Part shown: in pieces, positions 1-11,269 of the stretch | Layout of the letters: every line of letters begins with the position of its first letter | Position numbering within the stretch: the first letter of the stretch is position 1 | Origin: Octopus bimaculoides | Lineage: Eukaryota | Direction of reading: 5' to 3' | DNA: 64,000 bases | Assembly (NCBI RefSeq): GCF_001194135.2 | Contig: NC_068983.1 | Coordinates: forward strand, 150,842,569-150,906,568 | Notes under the pieces: generated by a model | Databases searched by the model: none | The model's input: the letters and a program-made list of their open reading frames with translations, nothing else | Told to the model about the DNA's origin: nothing | Translations under genes and position numbers: made by a program

Positions 1-30
1 GTTAAATTTCTTTTAAATTCTGTTCATTGT

Positions 31-95
31 TAGCCCAAAAATCTGATGATGTGGACGCGCTTTGTGTCAATGAAACTTTAAGTATTCTGGCGCTT
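31..95 (+). ncRNA. Degenerate minimal type-I hammerhead-ribozyme-like motif (Penelope-type terminus relic)
   Basis: CTGATGA at 43-49, GAAA at 72-75, near-palindromic stem III acttt-aagt (75-83) and GTA triplet at 82-84. Stems I and II are imperfect. Confidence 0.4.
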
Positions 96-126
96 AATCA
101 GCTTCTTATTAAATATATATATATAT

Positions 127-290
127 AGGTGTGGATGTGTGGTAAGAAGTTTGCTTCCCAACCACATGGTTCTGAGTTCAGTCCCACTGCATGGCATCTC
201 GGGCAAGCATCTTCTGCTATAGCCCCGGGTCGACCAAAGCCTTGTGAGTGGATTTAGTAGACGGAAACTGAAAGAAGCCCGTCGTGTATA
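127..290 (+). mobile_element. SINE family A, 5' half (tRNA-like head + CORE-like segment)
   Basis: gtgtggtaagaagtttgcttcccaaccacatggttctgagttcagtccc...gggcaag...gaccaaagccttgtgagtggattt...gacggaaactgaaagaagcccgtcg matches the other family A copies in the window (e.g. 20137-20300, reverse). Confidence 0.85.
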
Positions 291-393
291 AGAAGGATAA
301 AAGAAGAATACAACTTTAAATGAATGCGTTGAATGGTACTGTCTTTCGTTTGTTCATCCATTTNNNNNNNNNNNNNNNNNNNNNNNNNNNNNN

Positions 394-431
<38 letters not shown>

Positions 432-464
432 GTGTATGTTATCTTCTTCTCTATCTCTTTTTAA

Positions 465-1210
465 TTTAGAGTAAATTCTGACCGTCCGCTTTCTTGGTGG
501 CAAAATTGTGAAGGAAGACATCTTAAGATGGTCTTGCAGATTCTTATAGTCCTAGAGATCACAATCATCTATAATGTATGGATTAAGGATTTGAGTTCTT
601 TCTTCAAGAACTCAGGTTCAGCCATATCTTGCTCCAGACGGGTTCGTATGCATCCTGTTGCTCCAATGATAATAGGTATGAAACTCGAAGGGTATCTGGG
701 GTAATGGATTTACCAACTCCTTATCAATGGTCCATAGATAATCTCCTTCTCTTGTATTTTTGTAACCACATTAGTTTCCAAAGGATAGCTTATTTCCACA
801 ACAGAACATATCATTTCCTTATGGTCCCACATAATATCTGAGCAGTTGTATTTTAATTTGGTGTCTGTTTTAATTTTTAAGTTCCACCAATATACTTTCG
901 ACACATCGGTTCCAATATAGTCAACTTCGTCTGTATGTGTTTTCATTTTTGTTACATGTTCCACCCCGCTCTGGTCACCGCATTTTGCCTCATGGAACGA
1001 TAATAACTGGAAGCCATTCTCACGCAGTTGGCAATAATGTGGTTGATGCTTTCACACTTGGTCTTGCACAGCTTACATTTGTTGTCTGCCTGTTATGCTG
1101 TAGGTTCCTGGTGGGGATCTCTTCTTGAATTTCATGGAGGTAGCCCTCAAAGTCGGATGTCATAATCTTGTCGGTACTCTATGCCAAGCTTTTAACATGA
1201 TCAATCTCTT
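465..1210 (-). mobile_element. 3' fragment of an RLE-type non-LTR retrotransposon (R4/Dong-like), pseudogenised
   Basis: The minus strand reads DFEGYLHEIQEE.PTRNL, then the CCHC knuckle KCKLCKTKCESINHIIANC, then YWWNLKIKT...DIMWDHKEMICSVVEISYPLETNVVTKIQEKEIIYGPL and IPIIIGATG. This is the zinc knuckle plus restriction-like endonuclease order. Stops and frameshifts are present. Confidence 0.8.
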
Positions 1211-2204
1211 CTATGTTTTGCGTTTTTCGTACCAAGTACCCATGTACTATCATCTCAGTGAACTACTCCATTTTATTTTATTTCGCTCTTTATGAATGTA
1301 TGCATGTATGTATGTATGTATGTATGTATGTACACACACTCACTTATACGCATGCGCGCGTTCAGATGTATAATAGAATATTTAAAGAAAGTGAAACGTG
1401 TTAAGACAAAGAATTCTTACTTGAAAGAGAATAATTCTTTCTCATGCACGAATCTTTGTATTTGTAGGTTCATCTTTGTTTAAAAATGTAAGCATATATT
1501 CGACCTTCAATCGCAGGTGAACCAAGTAAAATAAATTTTATATACACTCATACACACACGTATCATATGCGCATATGTGTGACTGCGTGTGAGCAATTCT
1601 GAACACACACACACATACACCACACGCACTGACACACACACATGTATGTATGTATCGTATATATATATATATATATAAATAATTATGTGTGCTGTGTGTA
1701 TGTATAATATATACACATGCATATATTTTACACATAATTCTACAAGTATTTATATATGTACACATGTACGGTTGCATGTATATGTGCTTGTAGTACTGAT
1801 GCAGATAGCACAATTATGTGTGGAGATGAATAAAAACTGCACAAAGCTGACTCAGCTCACTTCGTTGTAAGTGGAATCCGAACTTCACATCTTATTTATT
1901 TATCACCATTTACTGTTACAGTTTATTTCTTCACCACTTCAATCCTACATTAGGGAACATTTCTCATTACGAAATACCAACTAGTTAAGTTTTTCTCTCT
2001 GTATCGGGAATCAATGGAAAGAAGTATTGCTAAGTTAGTCTTAACATATTTAATACAGGGGGTGGGGTTTTCTTAAAACGCTATGTTGTAATACAATGCA
2101 CACACAAAGAAATATTGGTCTTTGATTCACATACATGAGAGATGAACCAAACGAAAGTATTTGGAAAATATTGGTATCAGATTTCGTTTGGTTAAAAAAA
2201 AATG

Positions 2205-2367
2205 TGCATGACTGTGTAGTTAAAATGCTCACTTTGCAACCATATGGTTTCGGTTTCAGCTCCACTTCAAGGTTCCTTGGGTAAGTGCTTTTTGTACAAT
2301 AGCCTCTGGCCGACCAATGTCTTGTGAGTGAATTTGATAGATAAAATCTGTGAAAATCCGTCGTGTA

Positions 2368-2370
<3 letters not shown>
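2205..2370 (+). mobile_element. SINE family A, decayed 5' half
   Basis: caaccatatggtttcggtttcag...ttccttgggtaagtgc...ggccgaccaatgtcttgtgagtgaatttg followed by (TA)n. Confidence 0.7.
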
Positions 2371-2403
<33 letters not shown>

Positions 2404-2539
2404 CAACAATCTTTTTGTGCATGATACAAAAGATTGTACAGCAGCTGGCCTAGCTACAAACATAGGCTTGGAACACACCCACCATCACACAAGGCCACCG
2501 TCGACAACAGATACAAGATGCTCACCACTATCCCCAATA

Positions 2540-2727
2540 CAGACGTCACAAAAATATTTCTTCTAAATATAGGAGGACTGTTGCACGGCAACTGTAAATC
2601 AAAAGCCTCGTTCCTGAAAGACCTTGCTGCAAGCAATCAAACTTTATGCATAGCACTTGTGGAAACGCACCTTAGACCTGATGTAGGGGATGCAGAAATA
2701 CACATACCACAGTATGATTTGAACTGA
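2540..2727 (+). mobile_element. CR1-group LINE ORF2 N-terminus (APE endonuclease) fragment
   Basis: KIFLLNIGGL...CIALVETHLRPDVGDAEIHIPQYDL has the APE motif-I N and motif-II E and the EIxIPxY pattern typical of CR1/L2 ORF2. Confidence 0.75.
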
Positions 2728-2759
2728 GTGCGCAGAGTGTCAAAACAAATACTGGAAGA

Positions 2760-3690
2760 TATTCTGTTAACACTCTCATGATTTTGCCACCGACTGAGCC
2801 TAGCTACTCTGATATGACAGGGGAGGTGAATGAGTTCATATACGTGATGCAGATTTCTTTATGTTCGCCTAGCAGATGATAGTAAGTATTGTTGTTTTGG
2901 AAGACTAACGTTCAACCCAGGGACAAGGGAGAGTAACCATCAATAACATCACACATTGGAAGAAATGCTAATGCAGTGAAGCATTTGATTTTGTTAAATT
3001 CTGCGTCTGTTTGGTAGCGAGACTTTAAACCGATATCCGCAATGTGGCGATAGATATTCTTAGCCATATTTGTTGGAAATATATCACAGAAAGCATTGAT
3101 AATTGCTTCCTTGAAATCAACCATTAAGGTTTCGGGCTCAATGATGGGTGAAAGTCCTTCAAAGCGCTAAAAAGCCTTTTGTACGTTACTTATGATTTAA
3201 TAGGTAGCAAAACAAAAAGTCGTAGTGTGCTAATATTTCGTATGACAATATGTAACGTGAACAACTGATAATATATATCTGGGCTGCATTTAAAAGTACG
3301 ATCACAAGCCCAATCCTTATTATTCTCATCTAACCTAGCTTGTGTGCCAAACACTAAAATTCTCTCCGGATTATCTGCACCACTAGTGTATAATAAAATC
3401 TTCAAAGCATTTTCAGGAAACCTGTATTCTTCAGGTATTATATTCCCACTTATTCCGGTTGGGATCGGGGGAGCTTGGCTTTTCTTTTACCTCTAACCTC
3501 TAATATTAGAGACAAATGCGATGACGTCAGCATCAGAAATTAGATGACATTTCTGCAATTAACGACCGTGTAAAAGTTTGTGAATTAGTGGCTAGTGATT
3601 TCAATTTCGCTTTTGCAATGTAAACTTTTGGTTTTGAAGTATGAGAAGGATGGCAATGCTTACTGAATGTTTTACATATAGATAAATTAT
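2760..3690 (-). mobile_element. MULE (Mutator-like) transposase pseudogene fragment
   Basis: LLYTSGADNPERILVFGT...WACDRTFKCSPDIYYQLFTLH...FVLLPIK and MVDFKEAIINAF...IGLKSRYQTDAEF...TALAFLPMCDVIDG match MULE domain motifs (DGTFK, DFE.A..NA, ALAFLP). Broken by stops and frameshifts. Confidence 0.85.
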
Positions 3691-3987
3691 CATTTCCCAG
3701 CACGGTTTACACTCTTGGTTTACATTCTCTATTTTCACATTTCCAATATATTTTTTCACCGTATTTTTGATCTATCCTATAAACAAAGTTAAGGCTATCA
3801 ACTAATTTCCCACTGCCTCTGCTAGTTCCCACTTGGTAGACCATTGTAATGGGTTGGCTACCCCCACCCCCCAAAAAAATATTGTTGAATGAATAAAGAA
3901 ATTTTAAATGAGTTAAGAAATTGCTTTACCCCTTCTTATTGGTTGAAACAATTATATACCAAAGAGGGACAATTCATCTTTTGTCTT

Positions 3988-4047
3988 GCGGCGAACTTTC
4001 CTACGGTCAAAATTCCTGAGGCGAATTTTCCTGCGGCAAACTTTCCA
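3988..4047 (+). repeat. 4 x 15-bp tandem array
   Basis: gcggcgaactttcct / acggtcaaaattcct / gaggcgaattttcct / gcggcaaactttcca. Confidence 0.8.
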
Positions 4048-4049
4048 GT

Positions 4050-4262
4050 TACGAGCAGAATCGTTATAGCAAGCTGGACAAAATGCTTAACGGCATTTCT
4101 TCTCTGTCTTTACGTTCTGAGCTCAAATTCCGCTGAGGTCGACTTTGCTTTTCATCTATTTGGAGTCTATAAAATAAGTATCAGTTGAGCGCCAGGGTCG
4201 ATACCATCGACTTCCCCATCCCTCAAATTTGCTGGTCTTGTGCCAGAATAAGAAGGGATTAA
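4050..4262 (+). mobile_element. SINE family B
   Basis: gcagaatcgtta...ttctgagctcaaattccgctgaggtcgactttgcttttcatc...ggtcgat...ggtcttgtgcc, the reverse complement of the 22205, 26560 and 48520 copies. Confidence 0.8.
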
Positions 4263-6889
4263 TAGTAATCAGGATATCCGAATCTACTCTTGTAATAACT
4301 TGCTGTTTGAATGTTCTACTTCTTATTGCACATTTCCTTATGTAGTGCCATTGCTTGTTAAAAGATACAGGAGAAAGTGGTTCTCAAAGTGGAAGAACAG
4401 TACCAAATACAACACGGAGGTGAGTCCTTAGGAGACTGCCCTTTATGCTAACCTGTCTACACATCGCCACTGAGCTACTTACACAAGTTTTAATATTTGT
4501 TAGCAGCGAACTACAAAACATTCCTCTATAAGACACGGAAGTCCTACAAAAATCCAGGTTGTTGTTCTTTGTCTTCTGACTGAGCCATAATAATAACACT
4601 GTGTAACATGATTTTTGTACTTGGGTAGCATTGTTATTTCTTATTTGCTTACTTCTAGAAAGTACGAAAAATGGCTAATATTTCCTTCAAACTGCTTTTG
4701 TTATATTTATTCAACACATAGCTATGACGCTCCCCAACTACTCTTGCTCATGATCAGAGATGCACATATTGTCAGCTACTAAGGGACATGCTGAAACGGT
4801 TATGGTCAAGCAACTGACAAGCAAATCTGTGGTACTGAGCAGAATATTTGCTATTACGATATCTCTGCTTCAGAAAGTCTGTGCTGAATATGTCTGAAAT
4901 GTAATAGGAAATATGTCAGTTTCAAAACATTGACGTCCAGGTCACAAAAGTCAAGTTTGAAGGAAATAGTAGTCATTTCCTTTGATTTCTAGAATAGAAA
5001 TAAATAAGAAATAATACTCATTGACAAAAAAAAAAAAAAAAAAGCATTAAAATTTTACTTGACAGTGTAATCTAAGTTTTGTGTTTCGGGGGTTCGAATT
5101 CTGCTAATGTCAATTTAGCTTTTTATCTTTTCTGAAACATCAAAATAAGCAGATGCCATATCATGGAGTTAATCAACTACAACTTATGGTATGAGAATTT
5201 CAGTGTCACGGCTATACAAAAGTGATAAGCTCCCGACGAACTGAATGTGCGTCGCAGGTTCATCACGCGCATGCATCTACATCAAATTCAACAATCCTTT
5301 GTATGTGCAATTACTGACCTTATTTAGTTGTCCTTGGCAACGTACTAAGAATTTTTCTAAGCTGAGGATAACCCACACAAAGATATCAAGGATTAAGGAA
5401 TACATTAATTTTTTTTCTAGGTGTTTTATATATTGTTTACTACTATCTGTATTATACTCTGAACTGACAGTCAAAAATGATACATTATTATGTCTTTTAC
5501 ACGAGTTTATTTTCGCACTTTAAAGATCTATCACATATCGTTTGCTGGTTGTTATTGTTGCTGTTAGTGGTCTAAACACAATTCAATCATAATTCGACCA
5601 TAAGCAGCAGTTAAAAAAAAAAAAAAAAATACAGAAAATAAATGTTGCGACATGAATTGCTTTTTTTTTAGGTGTTTAATGCTTCTGACTGGCACTATCG
5701 TTTGTCTGTTATAGAAGATATAAATAAAACGGTGAGGTTTAGCAGCAGCTAAAAAAGACTCGTGGGAGTACATCGAATATGAAGTAACAAAAGCTCACTC
5801 TGTGAATGGAAAACTGTGATGCCGTCTTTCAAATTTCTTGGTTCCAGCCATTTCAGGAATAGATGTCAGTCATCTCTCTGCGTTTGAGTAAATGCGTACC
5901 TGTAAGATAGTTTCGCCGATATTTCGAGTTTTCAAACTCATCTCCAACAGTTATTCTCGAACATTCTGCTGGTTTGTCTTGTAGAGAGATAATCTCTCAC
6001 GGTGTACAAAAGAATTAGTCCCCCATGCTTGAATGAACATCATTGACCAAAACATATCGGACATAGGGTAACACTAAAATAAAATAAAGACAATAATAGC
6101 AACACCACCACCACCGACAACATGCACGAAGAACAACGAACAAGTAAACAATAAATATATATAAATATATAAAGGTATTCCTATTATTTCAGATACACAT
6201 CTGGAATTAATCTTCGTGCTTTCTACTGTAACAAATGAAAGAAAAGAAAAAGAGAGAGAAAAAAATAGAGGCAAAACATTCCTTACAAACAAACAGAAAA
6301 AACAGGCTAAAATGAAAGGGAACATGTGAGAAAACATGAGTTTAAATAGTAAAATTCATGCAAGCATGAATAGTTCAAAACAAAACTACGAACAACAAAA
6401 ATATACTGTATAAATGTCTTCGGTGCTAACTGCCAATAAAATATTACTTTCTTCCGGAAAGAAAGAAACATTTGTATTTCTTACTCTGTGTGTGTTTAAG
6501 CTTTTTCTGCTGGAGATTTTGTGGAAAGTTTTAAGTGAAACGATTTAGGCAGAGTAAGATCAGATTATATTCAAATCATTTCATGTAAAGTCAGACAATG
6601 CAGTTTGCCTTATTAACCAAATTTGTTTCACAGTGAAAGAAATCTCGGTGATTGAGAGAGATAGAGTGAGAGAGGGATAGATAGAGAGGGGGAGAGTGAG
6701 AGAGGGGAGAGAGGGGGGAGACACAGATACAAATGGAAGGAGACTTAAAAAAAAAGCAAAACAGAAATCCCTGAGAAACCTGGATAAGTTTGTTACGCTT
6801 TTTCGCATTCCCCACTCAAATGTTTCAGGGTCTTGGAAGTTCGCTTAATTGGTAGACTTACTTCTCTTATTTTTTAAAAAATTTATTTG

Positions 6890-7239
6890 ATGTATACGTG
6901 CGGGTATATATATGTATGTGCGTGTGTGTGTGTGTGTACGTGTGCCCGCGTCTGTGTGTGTGTGTGTCTGAGTCTGCGAGTGTGCGTGTGTGTGTGTGTT
7001 TGTGTGCACAAAATGCCAACTTCAGGTGACGCCTATTTTTCTCACACCATTTTCACTTCATTTCACTCAAAACTTTCTTTTTTTAATATACATACACACC
7101 CAAATACACACACACGCAGACACAAACACACACACACACACACACACACAAACACTTACACATTATATATATAATGGTACATATACTTAAATATATGCAG
7201 ATATGTGTGTATGCCGATAATTTTATATATATATATATA
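6890..7239. repeat. Compound (TG)n/(CA)n/(TA)n microsatellites next to a gap
   Basis: Seen directly in the sequence. Confidence 0.9.
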
Positions 7240-8015
7240 NNNNNNNNNNNNNNNNNNNNNNNNNNNNNNNNNNNNNNNNNNNNNNNNNNNNNNNNNNNNN
7301 NNNNNNNNNNNNNNNNNNNNNNNNNNNNNNNNNNNNNNNNNNNNNNNNNNNNNNNNNNNNNNNNNNNNNNNNNNNNNNNNNNNNNNNNNNNNNNNNNNNN
7401 NNNNNNNNNNNNNNNNNNNNNNNNNNNNNNNNNNNNNNNNNNNNNNNNNNNNNNNNNNNNNNNNNNNNNNNNNNNNNNNNNNNNNNNNNNNNNNNNNNNN
7501 NNNNNNNNNNNNNNNNNNNNNNNNNNNNNNNNNNNNNNNNNNNNNNNNNNNNNNNNNNNNNNNNNNNNNNNNNNNNNNNNNNNNNNNNNNNNNNNNNNNN
7601 NNNNNNNNNNNNNNNNNNNNNNNNNNNNNNNNNNNNNNNNNNNNNNNNNNNNNNNNNNNNNNNNNNNNNNNNNNNNNNNNNNNNNNNNNNNNNNNNNNNN
7701 NNNNNNNNNNNNNNNNNNNNNNNNNNNNNNNNNNNNNNNNNNNNNNNNNNNNNNNNNNNNNNNNNNNNNNNNNNNNNNNNNNNNNNNNNNNNNNNNNNNN
7801 NNNNNNNNNNNNNNNNNNNNNNNNNNNNNNNNNNNNNNNNNNNNNNNNNNNNNNNNNNNNNNNNNNNNNNNNNNNNNNNNNNNNNNNNNNNNNNNNNNNN
7901 NNNNNNNNNNNNNNNNNNNNNNNNNNNNNNNNNNNNNNNNNNNNNNNNNNNNNNNNNNNNNNNNNNNNNNNNNNNNNNNNNNNNNNNNNNNNNNATATAT
8001 ATGTATGGGACCTGT

Positions 8016-8372
8016 GGAGGCATAATGGCCCAGTGGTTAGGGCAGCAGACTCGCGGTCGTAGTATCGCGGTTTCGACTCCCGGACCGGGAAAACATTTAT
8101 AGCTCCATGAGTCTCCGACAGGGGGTGGTGGCGAGCCCTGCTGTTCTCTTTCACCACAACTTTCTTTTACTCTTACTCCCTGTTTCTGTTGTACCTGTAT
8201 TTCAAAGGGCCAGCCTTGTCACACTCTGTGTCACACTGAATCTCCCCGAGAACTACGTTAAGGGTATACGTGTCTGTGGTGTCTTCAGCCACTTGCACAT
8301 TAATTTCACGAGCAGGGTGTTCCGTTGATCGGATCAACTGGAACCCTCATCTTTGTAACTGAGAGAGTGCCA
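8016..8372 (+). mobile_element. SINE family C (tRNA-Arg-like head), near full length with a small internal deletion
   Basis: A box tggcccagtgg and B-box-like gtttcgactcc; body and tail are the reverse complement of 23610-23990. Confidence 0.9.
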
Positions 8373-8636
8373 CGTATGCATGGGATCTAGTTAAACTGAT
8401 TCACAAAATCTGTATTTTTTAAAAGGAAGTAAAAAATCTGAATATCGGCTATATTAAAGTAGTTTTCTATTTGAAAATTGGTTATGAAACATGTGTAGTC
8501 GTTTTATTATCATTACTTTATTATCATTACTTTGCATTATATTATACTTATTTATTGTGCTTTTACTTATTAATCTTTCTATATGTGACAGTGGATTTTC
8601 ATCGATGAGTTCATGAGCCTTGGTTCCTTTCCCTAA

Positions 8637-8681
<45 letters not shown>

Positions 8682-8699
8682 AACATATATCTGCGTCTG

Positions 8700-8925
8700 A
8701 GTGCTATCAGATCAAGGATATTGCAAGATCAAGGCTTTAATTCTCGAACCGGACGATGCGTTGTATTCTTGCGGAAAACACTTTACTCACATTGCTAGAG
8801 TCCACTTAGCTGGAAAGGAGGAAATCTGCGAAAGAATGGTGTCTCGTTCGGGAGAAACGTCGTAATCATTTATGCGCCATGGAAACAGGGTGACTGGCTC
8901 TATGTGTCTTGGGAAACGACACAAC
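8700..8925 (+). mobile_element. Decayed SINE (family D CORE-like body with a tail resembling 45858-45980)
   Basis: gttgtattcttgcggaaaacactttact matches the family D core; ccatggaaacaggg...tggctctatg resembles the 45858 tail. Confidence 0.5.
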
Positions 8926-9419
8926 AATTTAACGGGATATACAGACTTTGGGCGACTCACTGTCGGCAAAATAAAATGGAACGAATCATATGAAAAAGTC
9001 ATAATATTCTTCAGGAGGACTGATGTTAGTCAAAGGTGAAGTGCATAACGTGTGTGTATGTGTGTGTATATATAGATGTCATTCTAGTAAAAACAAAATT
9101 CAGATGAAACTTGTACAGAAAACTGCATTTTCAAGACTCTGTTGTACAAATGCGCAATAAATTACACTTGTATTTCTTTATAAACTAGAAATCATGGGAA
9201 AATTGTGACACTAACGTGTTTCTGAATTCATGTAACCAGCATTTCAAAATTCAAATTCTTTTTTAATTTTGTGTACGAGGTCTTTTTTTTTTTGTGAAGT
9301 GCCAAGTTTTTAAAATATATAAAATATAAATAAAAGCATTTTTAAGGAAATTGCATTTCATGAAATGTTTCGTTTTATTTTGAAAGGATTTTAAAGCATA
9401 TTCTTGCTTCTTTTCCCTT

Positions 9420-9610
9420 GGTCTTTTACTTGCTTTAACCACTGCTCGTTAGGTATGCCGGGACACCGCCTTGACGGGTTTAGTCGAACAAACGGCCCTC
9501 AGTACTTATTTTATTAAGCCGGGAAATTTTCTAACCCTTCTCTACTAAAACCGCTAGATTACGTAGATGTAAAGAAACCAACACCAGTTGTCAAGCGCTT
9601 GAGGGACATA
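9420..9610 (-). mobile_element. SINE family A, decayed 3' half
   Basis: ttttacttg...caccgcc...tttagtcgaacaa...agtacttat...accgcta...ccagttgtcaagcg followed by a (CA)-rich tract. Confidence 0.7.
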
Positions 9611-9671
9611 CACAAATACAAAGACAAACACACACACATAATACATATATAAATGTGTGTATATATAAATG

Positions 9672-9712
<41 letters not shown>

Positions 9713-9729
9713 TTAGATATACACACATA

Positions 9730-9973
9730 TGTATTCTTTTACTTGTTTCACTCATTTAACTATGGCCATGTTGCAGCCTCGCCATTAGAGGGTTTTAGTC
9801 GATCAAATCGATCCCAGAACTTATTTCTTTAGCCTAATAGTCATTCTTTCGGTTTCTTTGCCGAACCGCTAAGTTAAGGGGACAGAAACATACCAACACC
9901 GGTTGTGAAGTAGTGATGGGATGACAAAGATAGATACAAATACACACACACACACACACGCGCTCACACGCGG

Positions 9974-10024
<51 letters not shown>

Positions 10025-10815
10025 TATATATGGGTGACGGATTGTCTCGTCGTGAACGGCAAATGAGGATTCAGTAAAACAAAGCAACAATCATGATCGT
10101 TGCACACGAATGTCTCTTGAGACCTGCTGGTGCCTTGCAAACCTTTTGGCAAATGGAACAAGTTGAGGACTCAGTTTGCTTGAGTGCTTGTAGATCAGCC
10201 ATTATATGTTTTCTTGAGTGGACGGCAAGGCCTGCGTTGCTTCGTGACACAAAACCACAATGACAAGTAAGGTTTCCCGATGGTGGAGTCGACTTTGCTC
10301 AGATCTTTGAACTGAGGAGAAGCAGGAGTGGCAGCAGATCCTGTGTTCTGATGCTTTGTTTTCTCAGTAAGAAAAGGGCATGTTGCATCGCTTCATATTG
10401 TCTTTTAGTTTGTCTTTGAAGTGCGCGAGTGGCCTTCCAACTGGCCTTCCTGTTGGGAATTAGCCAAAGAGTTGCTTCGGAATCCTGATATCACTCATAA
10501 GTGAAAGATGACCTGACCATCTAAGTTGTATTTTGATGAAGATGGCATAAATACTTGCTGTTCGTAATTCAGCTGTTATGAATATGGTCACTCGGTTTTA
10601 TGTTGGAGATAGTACGCAAGCATTGCATATGAAAAACGTCAAGCTGACTGATGTGCTTTCAGTGCAGTGTCTATATATACACACGATGGGCTTCGTTGAG
10701 GTTCCGTTTACCAAATCCACTCACAAGGCTTTGGTCGGCCCGAGGTTAAAATAAAAGACACTTGCCATGGGGCTGGGAAGCAAGGTTCTTACCGCGCAGC
10801 CACGCCTGCGCCTAC
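9730..10815 (-). mobile_element. SINE family A split by an RTE insertion (tail 9730-9935, (CA)n to about 10020, head 10680-10815)
   Basis: Both halves match the intact copy at 19797-20302, in the right order and orientation. Confidence 0.8.
10030..10672 (-). mobile_element. 5'-truncated RTE-clade LINE 3' end, pseudogenised
   Basis: The minus strand reads QLDVFHMQCLRTI, QLRWSGHLSLMSDIRIPKQLF, GRP..HFKDKLK.NMKRC and two C-terminal C2H2-like fingers (CHCGFVSRSNAGLAVH; CSICQKVCKAPAGLKRH). Confidence 0.85.
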
Positions 10816-10819
10816 ATAT

Positions 10820-11240
10820 AATCTTTAGAATCTTTAAATTGTTTCAGTTTCAAAGCTGCGGTCATGCTGGGGCACCACCGTTGACTGTGCTACACCATTA
10901 TTTTGAAACCTCCTCTGATACGTGGCATTTGGTGAACGAGGGGGTTTGATGCTGTTGCCCTCATCTGTGTTTCCTACCGTGAGGTAGGCGAAGAGCTGTG
11001 GGCCCTTGAAACCCAAGGTGTTGCAGTATTTGGTCCTGTATTTTGATGGAGATGCTGGGATCTTTGGCACTATGCAGTGGCGCTCCGTTCTGTTGTTTGT
11101 GTAGCTTTCAACGCCAAAGTTTGGTACAAGGCCTTCCAAGATTTTCCAGATATATATCACTGCATATGTTTTCCGCCTTCGCTCTAGGGAGAAGAGTTTT
11201 AATTCTTTCAGTCTTTCGCAGTAGCTGATACGTTGCATTA
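10820..11240 (-). mobile_element. 5'-truncated CR1-clade LINE 3' end including tail
   Basis: YCERLKELKLFSLERRRKTYAVIYIWKILEGLVPN is the CR1 ORF2 C-terminal motif. It ends in short tandem tail units taaagattc-taaagatta. Confidence 0.85.
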
Positions 11241-11269
11241 AGATGATTTTCTTTGTTTAGCTTCGATGG

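Noticed and set aside
1794-1866. ag...gtaagt-bounded 73-nt segment with one open frame
   Set aside because: The acceptor has a poor pyrimidine tract and lies at the edge of microsatellite sequence; no recognisable product.
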